A stretch of DNA of 64,000 bases from Gammaproteobacteria bacterium (lineage in GTDB: Bacteria; Pseudomonadota; Gammaproteobacteria; UBA4575): the NCBI GenBank assembly GCA_965221955.1, contig CBDCTA010000029.1, positions 96,001-160,000 on the forward strand, read 5' to 3'. Position 1 is the first letter of the stretch; every line of letters starts with the position of its first letter. Made by a program: the position numbers and the translations under genes. The notes beneath the pieces were generated by a model, which searched no databases, was not told the DNA's origin, and saw only the letters and a list, made by a program, of their open reading frames with translations. Positions 20,819 to 31,797 of the stretch are shown here, in pieces.

Positions 20819-21643
20819 ATGAAACTATCTGAATATTATCCCAGCGATGTTTTTGCTCAGCGAACGGTTTTTGTTACCGGTGGAGGGAGTGGTATCAATC
20901 TAGGCATTGCGAAGAGCTATGCATCCGTGGGTGCGCAAGTCGCGATTTGTGGTCGTAACGAAGACAAACTGGATCAAGCTAAACATGAGTTAGAAGATAT
21001 AGGTGCTAAAACGCATGCAGTAGTTGCAGATGTGCGTGACTTTGATGCCATGCAAGATGCATGTGATGAAATTCAGATTGCTTTGGGAGCGATTACAGAT
21101 TTAGTGTGTGGTGCTGCGGGTAATTTTTTATGTCCTGCAAATCAAATGAGTGCGAATGCGTTTCGTACCGTAGTGGATATCGATTTAAATGGTAGTTTCA
21201 ATGCAAGCCGTGCGGCATTTGATCAATTAAAAGAAACGCAAGGTTGTGTATTAATGGTTTCGGCTGGACAAGCCTACATGCCATATTCACATCAAGCGCA
21301 TGCAGGAGCGGCCAAAGCAGGTGTAGAAATGTTGGCAAAAAATTTAGCCCTTGAATGGGGACAATATGGTATTCGTGTTAACACTGTGGTGCCAGGACCG
21401 ATTGAAGGTACGGAAGGCGTTAAGCGACTCACAAATGAGAAACAAAAGCACATGTTATTGCAGTCCATCCCTTTAAAACGTTTGGGCTTAGCTGAAGAAA
21501 TTGGTCAAGTTGCAGTTTTTCTATCTTCACCCTTAGCGTCATATATTACTGGTTCACAGATCGTCTGTGATGGAGGTATGAACCTGTCAGGCTCAGCGTT
21601 GTTTAATATGGGTGCTATGCAAAATAGTACACAACAAGAATAA
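20819..21643 (+). CDS. SDR oxidoreductase (2,4-dienoyl-CoA reductase-like)
   Basis: TGGGSGIN, GAAGNF, HAGAAKAGV and PGPIEGTEG. Confidence 0.85.
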   Translation: MKLSEYYPSDVFAQRTVFVTGGGSGINLGIAKSYASVGAQVAICGRNEDKLDQAKHELEDIGAKTHAVVADVRDFDAMQDACDEIQIALGAITDLVCGAAGNFLCPANQMSANAFRTVVDIDLNGSFNASRAAFDQLKETQGCVLMVSAGQAYMPYSHQAHAGAAKAGVEMLAKNLALEWGQYGIRVNTVVPGPIEGTEGVKRLTNEKQKHMLLQSIPLKRLGLAEEIGQVAVFLSSPLASYITGSQIVCDGGMNLSGSALFNMGAMQNSTQQE

Positions 21644-21788
21644 TTTTATTAATAAGAATTAGATATTTTTATTAATAGACCGCTTATCCTTTGAAATGCA
21701 ACGCTTGTTTCTTGTCAAGGTTGTAATGAGTACTAATTCATATTTTCATGGTCCTAGGGTTATATCAACTAACGATTGGGACAAAAAT

Positions 21789-22346
21789 ATGAAAACTAAC
21801 TACTACTTCTTCATTTTAGTACTTCTATCAGCATTAATTCTTTTACCAGCGCATGCAGCTGAACAAGAGTTTTACCTAGGTGCAAGTATTGGAGAAAACT
21901 ACATCGAAGAAGACAATGTACTATTTGGTGAAGATTTTGATGATGAGGACACTGGTTTTAAAGCCTTTGGCGGTTATCAATTTCACAGAAATTTTGCTGT
22001 AGAGGCAAACTACACGGTATTTGGTGATACTGAAGATAATATTGCTGGAATTGATACTGAAGTTGAGTTTGATTCATTTGGCGTGAGCTTAGTTGGTATT
22101 GCCCCTATTGCAGATCGCTTTGATTTATTTGGTAAATTAGGTTTTGCTTATTGGGATGCAAGAGTAAAAGCTAGCGGATTTGGTTCTGATGATGAAGATG
22201 GAACAGACTTGTCTTATGGTTTAGGTGCGCGATTTAATTTCAATGAACAAGTTTCTGCTAGATTAGAGTATGAAGGTATTGATGTAGATGATTTAGATCG
22301 AGCTGATTTTCTATCTATGGGTGTTGAATTTAACTTTCAGTTATAA
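21789..22346 (+). CDS. OmpA-like outer membrane beta-barrel protein
   Basis: Signal peptide, GFKAFGGYQF and C-terminal aromatic beta signal. Confidence 0.85.
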   Translation: MKTNYYFFILVLLSALILLPAHAAEQEFYLGASIGENYIEEDNVLFGEDFDDEDTGFKAFGGYQFHRNFAVEANYTVFGDTEDNIAGIDTEVEFDSFGVSLVGIAPIADRFDLFGKLGFAYWDARVKASGFGSDDEDGTDLSYGLGARFNFNEQVSARLEYEGIDVDDLDRADFLSMGVEFNFQL

Positions 22347-22371
22347 ATAGACACTTTAAATACTTAAAATT

Positions 22372-22410
22372 AAAAAAGCCCGAAAGTTTTATCAACTTTC
22401 GGGCTTTTTT
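22372..22410. terminator. Bidirectional terminator
   Basis: AAAAAAGCCCGAAAGTT..AACTTTCGGGCTTTTTT between convergent genes. Confidence 0.9.
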
Positions 22411-22423
22411 GTGATTAGTAATA

Positions 22424-23467
22424 CTATTTAATCGAATCAGGATGATATTCCGCTTCAAACATAACCCAGATGGCTAAAAAGAATGCAGCGATGATGGGGC
22501 CGATGACAAATCCAGATAAACCAAACAAACCAAGACCGCCTAGTGTACTGAGCAAAATTAAATAATCAGGCATTTTGGTATCGCGACCTACTAGTATGGG
22601 TCGCAGTACATTATCAATCATGCCAATAAGTAGCGCACCTACAACAAGTAGAATAACGCCTTTTACTATTTCACCATTGGCTAAAAAGATTATGGCTGCT
22701 GGCACCCAGACTAAGGCAGAACCTACAGCAGGTAGTATGGATAAGCCAATCATCACTACTCCCCAAAATACAGCAGACTCGATACCTAAAAGTGCAAACA
22801 TAATGCCACCCAAGGTGCCTTGGATAATGCCGACCACTAAAGTGCCTTTCACTGTGGCTCTGGAAACTTCAGCGAATTTTGATAGCAGATGACGTTCTGC
22901 ATCATCTCCGATCGGTAGTACTCGTATGATAAGTTCAATTAAATTTTTACCATCGCGTAGAAAGAAAAATAACAAATAAAGCATCAAGAAAAATAACACT
23001 GTAAACGTAAGTGCGTTTTGTCCGATATTGAGTAAATTAGTAGCGACCCATTGGCTTGTATTCAAGGCAGTACTTGAAAAGCCTTCTTTGAGCTTTTCGA
23101 AATCGATGCCAACTTTGCTTAACAAATCCGTGACTACTGGCAGGCTATTTTGCACCCATGCAATTGGCTTAGAGAAATCGTAAACACCTTCACGGATATC
23201 GTTATATAGATCTGCACCTTCATTCACAACTGCAATAGAAAGCGTGGTTGCGGGAACAACGACAGTAAATAAGATTAATAGCAAAGTAATAAATGCACTA
23301 AGGTTATTTTTATTTTTAAGTTTTCTTAAAATAAATTTATGCAAAGGCGAAAAAATAATTGCCAATGTAACGGCCCATAAAATAGGCTCGAAAAAGGGTT
23401 TGAGGATAAAGATAAATGCCAGGGTGGCAGCAACCAATATAGTAAAAAAGAAGATGTGTTTAATCAA
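22424..23467 (-). CDS. AI-2E family transporter
   Basis: FFLRDG, IDNVLRPILVG and GFVIGPII. Confidence 0.9.
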   Translation of the reverse strand: MIKHIFFFTILVAATLAFIFILKPFFEPILWAVTLAIIFSPLHKFILRKLKNKNNLSAFITLLLILFTVVVPATTLSIAVVNEGADLYNDIREGVYDFSKPIAWVQNSLPVVTDLLSKVGIDFEKLKEGFSSTALNTSQWVATNLLNIGQNALTFTVLFFLMLYLLFFFLRDGKNLIELIIRVLPIGDDAERHLLSKFAEVSRATVKGTLVVGIIQGTLGGIMFALLGIESAVFWGVVMIGLSILPAVGSALVWVPAAIIFLANGEIVKGVILLVVGALLIGMIDNVLRPILVGRDTKMPDYLILLSTLGGLGLFGLSGFVIGPIIAAFFLAIWVMFEAEYHPDSIK

Positions 23468-23478
23468 AATGAAAGCTT

Positions 23479-26400
23479 TTAAATAGTTGCGTGATTCGTT
23501 TGATTAAAGTTAGTTTTTACGTTGCCTAATTGCAATAAGCTCGGTAGTAAAATTAAAGTAAACGCTGTGCTTACAAACATTCCTCCAACAATAACACCTG
23601 CTAAACCCTTATATAATTCTGTTCCAGCACCAGGAATAATCAACAAGGGCAACATCCCGAAAATACTTGTAAGCGTGCTCATTAATATGGGTCTTAACCG
23701 TATACGTACAGACTCTTTAACTGCTTCACGTCGAGGTTTACCCTCTCGTTCAACTGTGCGTGCTTGATGGACTAATAAGATAGCATTGTTTACTACTAAT
23801 CCCAATAGAATTATAAAGCCGAGCATAGTAAGTAAGTCTGCAGGTAACTGTAGAAAGTGCAACATCAATACACCGCCCACAGTTGCTAAAGGTAGTGCAA
23901 GTACAACGAGCAAACTATCTTTAAATGAGCGGAAAAGAGCGCTGATCAATAAGTAAAGAATGATTACTGCAAGGATAAAACTGTTAATGAAGCTTTTAAT
24001 TGCAGTTTTTAAATTATCAGCTGAACCACTTAAACGAATTTCACCATCTTCAGGTAATTGCTGTTCCATTGCGGGAATAATTTCTTCTTGTATCTTTGTT
24101 AACGCTACTTCTAAAGGCATGTTTTGAGGAGGTCTAAGCTCTAGTGTTACTGTGCGACGCCGATCTAAACGTCGAATGCGATCTGGGCCTGCTGTACGTT
24201 TAATATCGACGAGCTCACCCACTGGTAGTACACCACTAGCAGGTGTGTAAAGTGGAATAGCAGCTAATTCTTCAGGAGTATGCCAAGGTTGAACACGTGC
24301 GATAATGTCGAGTTTTTCTTCTCCATTAAAATATTCGCCCACAAATAAACCTTGACCAAGTAACCGGGTTACGTTTGCCATGGTGCTTCGATCCCATCCT
24401 GCTTCTACTAAGCGATCTTCCTTCGGGTTCATTTGTAATTCAGGTTCGGCCAGCTGCAAACCTGGTCGAGGTCTAGCGCGTGTTTTCGGTCCGAACACTT
24501 GTGGAATTTGTACAAATCCTACTTGCGCTGCACGCAATAAACTATCAATGTCGCTGCCTTGAATATTGATATCGATTTCTGTGCGCCCGCCGACACCACT
24601 AAATAAAGAAGCTTTTTGAACGATCGCAAAGGTATCTGGAAAGCCCGAAACTGCACTACGAACCACGTTTAATGTTTGATCCACTTGTTCTTTGTCTGGA
24701 TTAGTAGCACGTGCGCCCAAGAAAATAGATCCGGCACTGGCAACAAAAAAGTAATGTTTAATGTTAGGTTCCTTTGTACCATCGATATATGGTTGCATGC
24801 GTTTAGCAATCACGTCACCCATTTCTTTTTCAATATGATCGATGTTGACACCAGGGGGAGGAATGACAATTCCAAATACTAAATTACGATTACCGGTTGG
24901 TAAGTAATCTGTTTTTGGGAAGGCTAAATAAGTTACAGCAGCTGAAACAAAAATTAATCCAAATATCCAAAATGCGCGTAGTGTTGGCGTTTTGGTTATA
25001 TTCATAATGAAATTTGTTGCGCGATTCCACCAGCTTGTGTGTAAATCTTCTAAATTGATATCAGCAGTGAATTTATACATTGCCGTTGGTATCACTAAGC
25101 TCGCAACGACGAGAGAGGTGGTAATGGCAGCAGAGATGGCTACCGCAAGGTCAGAAAACAATTGTCCGCTTTGGTCTTTTAAAAAAATGATAGGTAAAAA
25201 AATAGCAATGGTGGTAAGTGTGGATGCCAATAGGGCGGGCCAAACTTGTTTGGTGCCATCCAAAGCAGCTTGCAGTGATGACAAACCGCGTTCGCGCATG
25301 CGCACAATATTTTCTAGAACAATAATGGCGGCATCCATTACCATTCCAACTGCAAAAGCCATTCCTGCTAGTGAAATGACATTCATGGTACGCCCACTGG
25401 CTTTCATTACCATAAAGGTGACAAATAAACATAGCGGGATGGTCAAAGTCACAATGAGTGTGGCACGTAGTTTTCTTAAAAACCACCACAAAATTGCGAC
25501 AGCTAATAGAATGCCTAAACCTAAGTTGTTGCGTAGTAACTCAATTGCACTGTCAATATACACAGTTTCATCATAGACCTGTTCAATGTTTAGATTGGCA
25601 CGCTTAAAAGGGCCAGCTTCAATCTCTTTTACTGCTGCACGGAGATCACTCATGGTTTCTAAAACATTTACACCGGTTTCGCGATAGGCATTCACAGCAA
25701 TTGATTGACTGCCTTTAGTGATGACAAAATTATTTCGATCTACGGTGCGAACTTCGACTTTCGCAATATCACGCAAAGTAATGGCTTTGCCATCACGCCA
25801 CTCCAGATTGAGTTCGCTTAATTGTTGCGGTGTAAGTGCGCCGGTATAGCGTAAGGTATAACGGCGCTTACCAACATTTGCGGTACCACCTGATACATCA
25901 TCATTACCGCCTGCAAGTTGGGCTGCTTTTGGGAGTTCAATTCCAAGCCCCGCTGCTTTATATGGGTCAACTGTGATGCGTACTTCATATTCATGTCCGC
26001 CACGTACTTCTGAAAGTGCGACCCCAGTTACACGTTCAAAGCGGGTTTGTACAACTTCTTCTACAAAGTCTTTATAGGTTTCAATTGGCCGAGTGTTATC
26101 AGCATTCGGTTTAATAATGAACCATGCAATCGGTCTCCCACGACCTCCTGCTGTACTGAGTACGGGTTCGTCTGCATCTTCTGGGTAACTTGGAACTCGG
26201 TTAAGCCGATTGATGACTTCGATGAGCGCACGGTTTAAATCATAATCAACTTCAAAAGTAATAGTGATTTTACCACTACCAATACTGGCTTCTGATAACA
26301 GTTCTTTCATGCCCGGTAAGCCGCGTAGTTGTTTTTCCTGCGGTTCAATTATTTCGGACTCAATCTCTTCCGGCGCTGCTGCACGCCAACTGGTCGTGAT

Positions 26401-26538
26401 TACAATTTCAGGCTGCTCAACTTCAGGTGTGAGTTGGATAGGCAAACGGTCTAGGGCGAGAACACCGAAAATCCCAACAAGTAAACAGGCAACAAGTGTT
26501 GCAACAGGATTACCCAATGCAAGACGAAGAAAATTCAT
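23479..26538 (-). CDS. RND efflux permease (AcrB/AcrD/AcrF family)
   Basis: 1019 aa; GMVMDAAIIVLENI, GLVVNNAILLV and RLRPILMS. Confidence 0.95.
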   Translation of the reverse strand: MNFLRLALGNPVATLVACLLVGIFGVLALDRLPIQLTPEVEQPEIVITTSWRAAAPEEIESEIIEPQEKQLRGLPGMKELLSEASIGSGKITITFEVDYDLNRALIEVINRLNRVPSYPEDADEPVLSTAGGRGRPIAWFIIKPNADNTRPIETYKDFVEEVVQTRFERVTGVALSEVRGGHEYEVRITVDPYKAAGLGIELPKAAQLAGGNDDVSGGTANVGKRRYTLRYTGALTPQQLSELNLEWRDGKAITLRDIAKVEVRTVDRNNFVITKGSQSIAVNAYRETGVNVLETMSDLRAAVKEIEAGPFKRANLNIEQVYDETVYIDSAIELLRNNLGLGILLAVAILWWFLRKLRATLIVTLTIPLCLFVTFMVMKASGRTMNVISLAGMAFAVGMVMDAAIIVLENIVRMRERGLSSLQAALDGTKQVWPALLASTLTTIAIFLPIIFLKDQSGQLFSDLAVAISAAITTSLVVASLVIPTAMYKFTADINLEDLHTSWWNRATNFIMNITKTPTLRAFWIFGLIFVSAAVTYLAFPKTDYLPTGNRNLVFGIVIPPPGVNIDHIEKEMGDVIAKRMQPYIDGTKEPNIKHYFFVASAGSIFLGARATNPDKEQVDQTLNVVRSAVSGFPDTFAIVQKASLFSGVGGRTEIDINIQGSDIDSLLRAAQVGFVQIPQVFGPKTRARPRPGLQLAEPELQMNPKEDRLVEAGWDRSTMANVTRLLGQGLFVGEYFNGEEKLDIIARVQPWHTPEELAAIPLYTPASGVLPVGELVDIKRTAGPDRIRRLDRRRTVTLELRPPQNMPLEVALTKIQEEIIPAMEQQLPEDGEIRLSGSADNLKTAIKSFINSFILAVIILYLLISALFRSFKDSLLVVLALPLATVGGVLMLHFLQLPADLLTMLGFIILLGLVVNNAILLVHQARTVEREGKPRREAVKESVRIRLRPILMSTLTSIFGMLPLLIIPGAGTELYKGLAGVIVGGMFVSTAFTLILLPSLLQLGNVKTNFNQTNHATI

Positions 26539-27602
26539 GAGTCCGCTTGAAGCGGTGCAACGGTAACTGGCATTCCTGGGCGTAAATTTTCTCCTCCACG
26601 AGTGATGACAGAATCACCTGCTTGAATTCCACCAATGACTTCGATGCGACCAAGATCAGAGATACCTGTTTCAACTTGTATACGTTCTGCAATGGAGGCT
26701 GCATTCACTCTAAAAATGTAAACCCCTTCTCGGCGAAGGACTAAAGCATCACGAGGAACTAGAATTGCTTCGCGAGCATGCTCTGTGGGAATGGCCACAC
26801 GTAGTAATTTTCCTGCGACTAAAGTTTCATTATCAGTGCTAATACGCAATTCATATAAACGTGAAGCGTCGCCACCAATTGGAACCAGTGCCCGAACTTT
26901 TCCATGACTACTATTTGTTCCATCTATATAACTTAGTGGTGTGCCAATGGTGACAAATCGCAAACTGCTTGCAGGAATATGTGTTTGAATTTCAAGATTA
27001 CTGGAGCTGACTAAACGAATTATCGTGTCCCCATTGTTGGCCCATTCACCGCTTTGTAGCAACCGTTCTGATACCACACCATCAAAAGGCGCCGTAATGT
27101 TAGTGCGACGCAAGCGCTCTTGAGCTTGTGCAAGACGAGCTTTTGCGGAAGCCATATTACTGCGCGCCACAGCTTGGTCTGATATAGCTTGGTCTAATTG
27201 ATTGCGAGCAACGTTGTTATCCGTTAGTAATTCTGTAAAGCGCTTAACTTCTTTTGTGTGCAAATCATATTTTGCTTTTTCGCTTTGGATGATTGACTGT
27301 TCTTCGATAACTTGTTGTTTAATGAACACATCATCTAATTTAACAACTGAGTCACCCGCTTGGACACGATCCCCAACTTCTGAGACCCAAGTAATGCGGC
27401 CAGCAAGTTCTGCAGATAAATTTGCATCGTCACGACTAATTACTGTTGCGGAATAGAATGCAGTAGGTGCAATGTTTTCTTTTACAGCATGTTCCACCAC
27501 AACAATCGCAGGAGGAGGTCCTTTCCTTTCCTCTGCATGAAGCTGCGTTACAAGAACAAAAAACAATAGGAGACAAACTAAGTGTAAGTGATTCATAAAC
27601 AA
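26535..27602 (-). CDS. RND periplasmic adaptor (MFP)
   Basis: ITAPFDGVV lipoyl-like repeats; coupled to the permease. Confidence 0.93.
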   Translation of the reverse strand: MFMNHLHLVCLLLFFVLVTQLHAEERKGPPPAIVVVEHAVKENIAPTAFYSATVISRDDANLSAELAGRITWVSEVGDRVQAGDSVVKLDDVFIKQQVIEEQSIIQSEKAKYDLHTKEVKRFTELLTDNNVARNQLDQAISDQAVARSNMASAKARLAQAQERLRRTNITAPFDGVVSERLLQSGEWANNGDTIIRLVSSSNLEIQTHIPASSLRFVTIGTPLSYIDGTNSSHGKVRALVPIGGDASRLYELRISTDNETLVAGKLLRVAIPTEHAREAILVPRDALVLRREGVYIFRVNAASIAERIQVETGISDLGRIEVIGGIQAGDSVITRGGENLRPGMPVTVAPLQADS

Positions 27603-27692
27603 GATTGTATATGAAGAAGTGCGCTTATTTCAGAGGTTATAAAAAAATTCCTATGGTAATGCTGTAATAAAAGTAAGGATTAGCCCAAGAAT

Positions 27693-28655
27693 TTAATTAA
27701 ATGCACCACCACAGCTACTCCCTTGCCCTGCGGTACAACCATAACAATGATCTGCCACAGTAATGGCATTATTTTTTAAATCAATATTAATTAGCTCTGA
27801 TAAATGTGTGCGAATTTGATCATTATGAGGGAGAGTAAGACCTAACATTTGGTTAAAGTCACAATCATATGTATAACCTTGCCAATCCACGCTGATCATA
27901 GAACGACACATGACAAACTCAAGGTTTTCTGTGCTGTACGCATCACGCAGTAATTGCATGTATTCCTCAAATTTTCCTTTGCTAATAAGCATGCTGCCAA
28001 AGCGTTGAATAGGCATGTTAGTGATGGTGTAAAGTTCATCGAAACTGATATCAAAATTATCAGTTAAAAATTTGCGGTAATCTTGTTTTAAGCTCTGCTG
28101 AGAAGGGGGTAATTGTGGTCCTTGTGGGTTGTACACAAGAGTAAGCTTTAAATTTTTATTACCTTTTCCGTAACCCAGTACATTGAGTGCTTTAAGGCCG
28201 CGGATACTTTTTTCAAATACACCTTTACCACGTTGTTTATCCACATTTTCTTCTAAATAACAGGGTAGAGAAGCGACAATTTCAACTTGGTGTTGAGCTA
28301 AAAATTGTGCTGTATCTTCTTGGTCTGGTTCCTCCAATACAGTTAAGTTGCATCGATCCATCACGTGAACGCCTAAAGTTCTAGCTGATTGAATAATTTC
28401 TCTAAACTGTGGATGTAACTCAGGTGCACCACCCGTAAGGTCTAAGATACGTATTTCTTGTGCACGTAAATAATCAATAACAACTGCAACATTGTCTGCT
28501 GTCATCATTTCTTTGCGCTTTGGTCCTGCATTGACATGACAATGTGTGCAGGTTTGATTGCATTTATAGCCCAGATTGACTTGCAATGTTTCTAGTCTGT
28601 TACGAACAATGCTTGGGAAATCAGTCTTTTTTAATAAGTGTATAGTTTCATGCAT
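27693..28655 (-). CDS. arsS: ArsS-type radical SAM protein with Cys-rich C-terminus
   Basis: CNQTCTHCH, LDLTGGAPE, YDCDFNQML and HCYGCTAGQGSSCGG. Confidence 0.85.
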   Translation of the reverse strand: MHETIHLLKKTDFPSIVRNRLETLQVNLGYKCNQTCTHCHVNAGPKRKEMMTADNVAVVIDYLRAQEIRILDLTGGAPELHPQFREIIQSARTLGVHVMDRCNLTVLEEPDQEDTAQFLAQHQVEIVASLPCYLEENVDKQRGKGVFEKSIRGLKALNVLGYGKGNKNLKLTLVYNPQGPQLPPSQQSLKQDYRKFLTDNFDISFDELYTITNMPIQRFGSMLISKGKFEEYMQLLRDAYSTENLEFVMCRSMISVDWQGYTYDCDFNQMLGLTLPHNDQIRTHLSELINIDLKNNAITVADHCYGCTAGQGSSCGGAFN

Positions 28656-28680
28656 TATAGATTTTTATTGAATGTATTAT

Positions 28681-30810
28681 TTATTTACGCATGTAAGCAT
28701 GGAACTTTTGCACCCATTCCAATAAACGTTTTGGCGCATGCGCACGTTTCCATTCCCCCGCAGCATATTTATTCGCCTCAGCAAGAGTGGGGTAGATATG
28801 AATAGTGCCCAATATTTTATTTAATCCTAAACCGTGTTTCATCGCGCTCACATATTCACTTATTAAGTCACCTGCATGATCACCTACAATGGTGACGCCT
28901 AATATTTTATCTTTTCCAGGTATTGTAAGCACCTTAATAATACCGTGTGCTTCACCATCTGCAATGGCCCGATCTAATTCTGCTATATCAAAACGTGTTA
29001 CTTCGTATTCAATGTTCTCTGCTTGGGCTTGAGTTTCGTTTATCCCAACATGTGCTACTTCTGGCTCTGTAAAGGTGCACCATGGAATAACTGAGTAGTC
29101 AACACGAAACTTTTTAAAACAGCCAAATAGAGAATTCACGCTGGTATACCAAGCTTGGTGCGCTGCAGTGTGGGTAAGTTGATAAGGACCCGTTACATCG
29201 CCACAAGCATAAATGTTTGGATAATTTGTTTGTAAATATTCATTCACTTCTATGGTTCCGTTTTTGCGCAGTTCAAGATTTAAGTTTTCTGTCCAAACGT
29301 CACTTCCTCGTGCTTTACGCCCGACAGCAACTAATAAAGTATCAAATGGTAACAATAATTCATTATTATCACTTTTACATACCAGCGTATAAGCTCCTGC
29401 GTTTTGTTGAACTTCACTCGCAGTGTGGTTAGTTAATAGATTAACGCCATCACTTCTTAAACTCTGTTCTACCATTTCTGCTATTTCGGGATCTTCCATT
29501 AGCATAATGCGCGGTGCCATTTCGACTAAGCTTACCTTTGCGCCTAGTCGAGCAAAGCTTTGTGCAAGTTCGCAACCGATAGGGCCGCCTCCTAGCACAA
29601 CCATATTTTTAGGCAGCTCTTGTAAATTCCAAATCGTATCTGAAGTAAGGAATGGAGCTTGGTCTAAACTTGGAATGGGTGGAACAAAAGGTTCGGCGCC
29701 TGTTGCAAGAATAATATTCTTACTTGTAAGTGTCTGGCCATTTACCTCAATGGTCCAAGGATCTAATAATTTAGCTTCTCCTTGAATGCATTCAACGCCT
29801 AAGTCGGTGTATCGTTCAATTGAATCATGTGGTTCGATATCTTTAATAACGTTTTGAACACGGTTCATAACATCTTTAAAATCAAATTCTACATTGGCAG
29901 TTTTACAGCCATATTTTTGTGCTTTATGTACATGTGACACAAATTTTGCTGAGCGTATTAATGCTTTAGAAGGAACACAACCTGTGTTTAAGCAGTCACC
30001 GCCCATCTTATGTTTTTCAATCAGCACTACCTTGGCTTTTACTGCAGCGGCTATATAAGAGGACACTAAGCCAGCAGAACCCGCGCCGATGACGGCGAGG
30101 TTGTAGTCAAAACTTTTTGGTTTGTTAAAGCCTTTATAAATACGTTTTGACTTAATGATATTGATAATGAGTTTTGCAACCCAAGGAAAAATCGCAAGTA
30201 GAATAAAAGCACCCCAAATTTTGGGGGTTAAAATTCCGCTAACTGATTCAAGGTTCGCGAGTTGGGTGCCAACATTTACGTAAATTATTGTGCCGGCAAG
30301 CATTCCGAAAAAACTTGTTAACACATATGTGATAGTGCGCATGGGTGTGAGTCCCATCAACACATTTATCACAAAGAACGGAAATATTGGGATGAGTCGA
30401 AGTGTTAATAAATAAAATGCACCGTCTTTCTCTATTCCCGCATTGATTGTTTTTAATTTATCTGCGTACCTTTCTTGAATACTATTTCCCAATAAGTATC
30501 GTGCTAGCCAAAAAGCGATGGTGGCTCCAATTGTAGCGCCAAATATTACTAGAATGCTTCCCAACAACAATCCGAATATCGCTCCAGCAAGCAAAGATAA
30601 AATACTTGCTCCAGGGATCGAAAAACTTGTAACTAATATATAAATTATAAAAAATAATAAAATGCTTTGTGTGGGGTTGGCTTGGTAATAATCAGCAATT
30701 GCCAGTTGTTTTGATTTTATGTATGAGAAGTCTAAGTACTGATGCAAGTCAAAAATAAAAAAACAGGCAGCTAAAATTAAAATAACAAATAAGATAATTA
30801 TTTTTTTCAT
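28681..30810 (-). CDS. VTT/DedA-domain fused dihydrolipoamide dehydrogenase / mercuric reductase-like flavoprotein
   Basis: N-terminal VTT (LRLIPIFPFF), then GAGSAG, GGDCLNTGCVPSK and HIYPT. Confidence 0.9.
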   Translation of the reverse strand: MKKIIILFVILILAACFFIFDLHQYLDFSYIKSKQLAIADYYQANPTQSILLFFIIYILVTSFSIPGASILSLLAGAIFGLLLGSILVIFGATIGATIAFWLARYLLGNSIQERYADKLKTINAGIEKDGAFYLLTLRLIPIFPFFVINVLMGLTPMRTITYVLTSFFGMLAGTIIYVNVGTQLANLESVSGILTPKIWGAFILLAIFPWVAKLIINIIKSKRIYKGFNKPKSFDYNLAVIGAGSAGLVSSYIAAAVKAKVVLIEKHKMGGDCLNTGCVPSKALIRSAKFVSHVHKAQKYGCKTANVEFDFKDVMNRVQNVIKDIEPHDSIERYTDLGVECIQGEAKLLDPWTIEVNGQTLTSKNIILATGAEPFVPPIPSLDQAPFLTSDTIWNLQELPKNMVVLGGGPIGCELAQSFARLGAKVSLVEMAPRIMLMEDPEIAEMVEQSLRSDGVNLLTNHTASEVQQNAGAYTLVCKSDNNELLLPFDTLLVAVGRKARGSDVWTENLNLELRKNGTIEVNEYLQTNYPNIYACGDVTGPYQLTHTAAHQAWYTSVNSLFGCFKKFRVDYSVIPWCTFTEPEVAHVGINETQAQAENIEYEVTRFDIAELDRAIADGEAHGIIKVLTIPGKDKILGVTIVGDHAGDLISEYVSAMKHGLGLNKILGTIHIYPTLAEANKYAAGEWKRAHAPKRLLEWVQKFHAYMRK

Positions 30811-30900
30811 TTTTAAATAAGTTAGGCTAAATATATTGCTAGTTTGCGGTGTTGGTTATCGCTACAATATATTTTTCAAACTTCCTTTTTCATTATTAAA

Positions 30901-31791
30901 ATGCGTATCGCTACATGTAAATACAATGATCAAACGTATCTTGCTGTTGTGCAAGATGATTCAGTATTCCTTCCAGCCAAGCACAAAGATTGGTCTGGAC
31001 AAGTCAATAGCATGCTACAGTTGATCGATGCTGGCGATAAATCCTTACAGGCGCTACAAGAATTAGTTGCAGATACCGATTCTCAGCAATGGTTGCCACT
31101 GTCAAAGGTAGAGCTTATATCACCAATTCCGCGACCACGGCAGAATATTATGTGTCTGGGTTGGAACTATATCGAACATGTCGAGGAAACTAGTGGCAAA
31201 GCGCTGGAAGCACCAAAATTACCTAAATACCCCATTATTTTTACCAAGGCTGCATCGAGTATGAACGGTCCATTTTCTGCAATTCCGGTTGATTTAGAGG
31301 TTTCTAATAAAATGGATTGGGAGGTGGAATTAGCAGTGATCATTGGCAAAGATGGGGATGGAATCAGTAAAGAAAATGCTTTGGATCATGTATTTGGTTA
31401 CAGCATTATTAACGATATTTCAGCACGTGATTATCAAAAGCGTCATAAACAATTTTTCGTGGGCAAGAGTTTTACGGGTGCCTGTCCAATGGGACCATGG
31501 ATTGTAACCAAGGACGAAATAGCGGACCCACAAAATTTAGATTTAAAAAGTTGGGTCAATGGTGATTTAAAACAAGATTCTAATACTAAATATCAAATTT
31601 TTGATGTGGCGACCGTAATCGAGACCCTTTCAAAAGGAATGACATTAGAAGCTGGTGACATTATCGCTACCGGCACACCAAGTGGTGTAGGGTATGTGCG
31701 TAATCCGCCTGAATATTTAATGCCAGGTGATGTAGTGGAATGTGAGGTAGAAGGAATTGGGAAAATCTCTAACCCAATACAGGGAAAGTAA
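30901..31791 (+). CDS. Fumarylacetoacetate hydrolase family protein
   Basis: LGWNYIEH, DWEVELAV, NDISARD and GDIIATGTPSGVG. Confidence 0.92.
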   Translation: MRIATCKYNDQTYLAVVQDDSVFLPAKHKDWSGQVNSMLQLIDAGDKSLQALQELVADTDSQQWLPLSKVELISPIPRPRQNIMCLGWNYIEHVEETSGKALEAPKLPKYPIIFTKAASSMNGPFSAIPVDLEVSNKMDWEVELAVIIGKDGDGISKENALDHVFGYSIINDISARDYQKRHKQFFVGKSFTGACPMGPWIVTKDEIADPQNLDLKSWVNGDLKQDSNTKYQIFDVATVIETLSKGMTLEAGDIIATGTPSGVGYVRNPPEYLMPGDVVECEVEGIGKISNPIQGK

Positions 31792-31797
31792 ATAATC

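Noticed and set aside
11887-28655. Selenocysteine recoding in SelD or ArsS
   Set aside because: The relevant positions are Cys codons in uninterrupted ORFs; no in-frame TGA.
28681-30810. Mercuric reductase merA
   Set aside because: No C-terminal Cys pair and no mer operon genes; it is a VTT-fused homologue.
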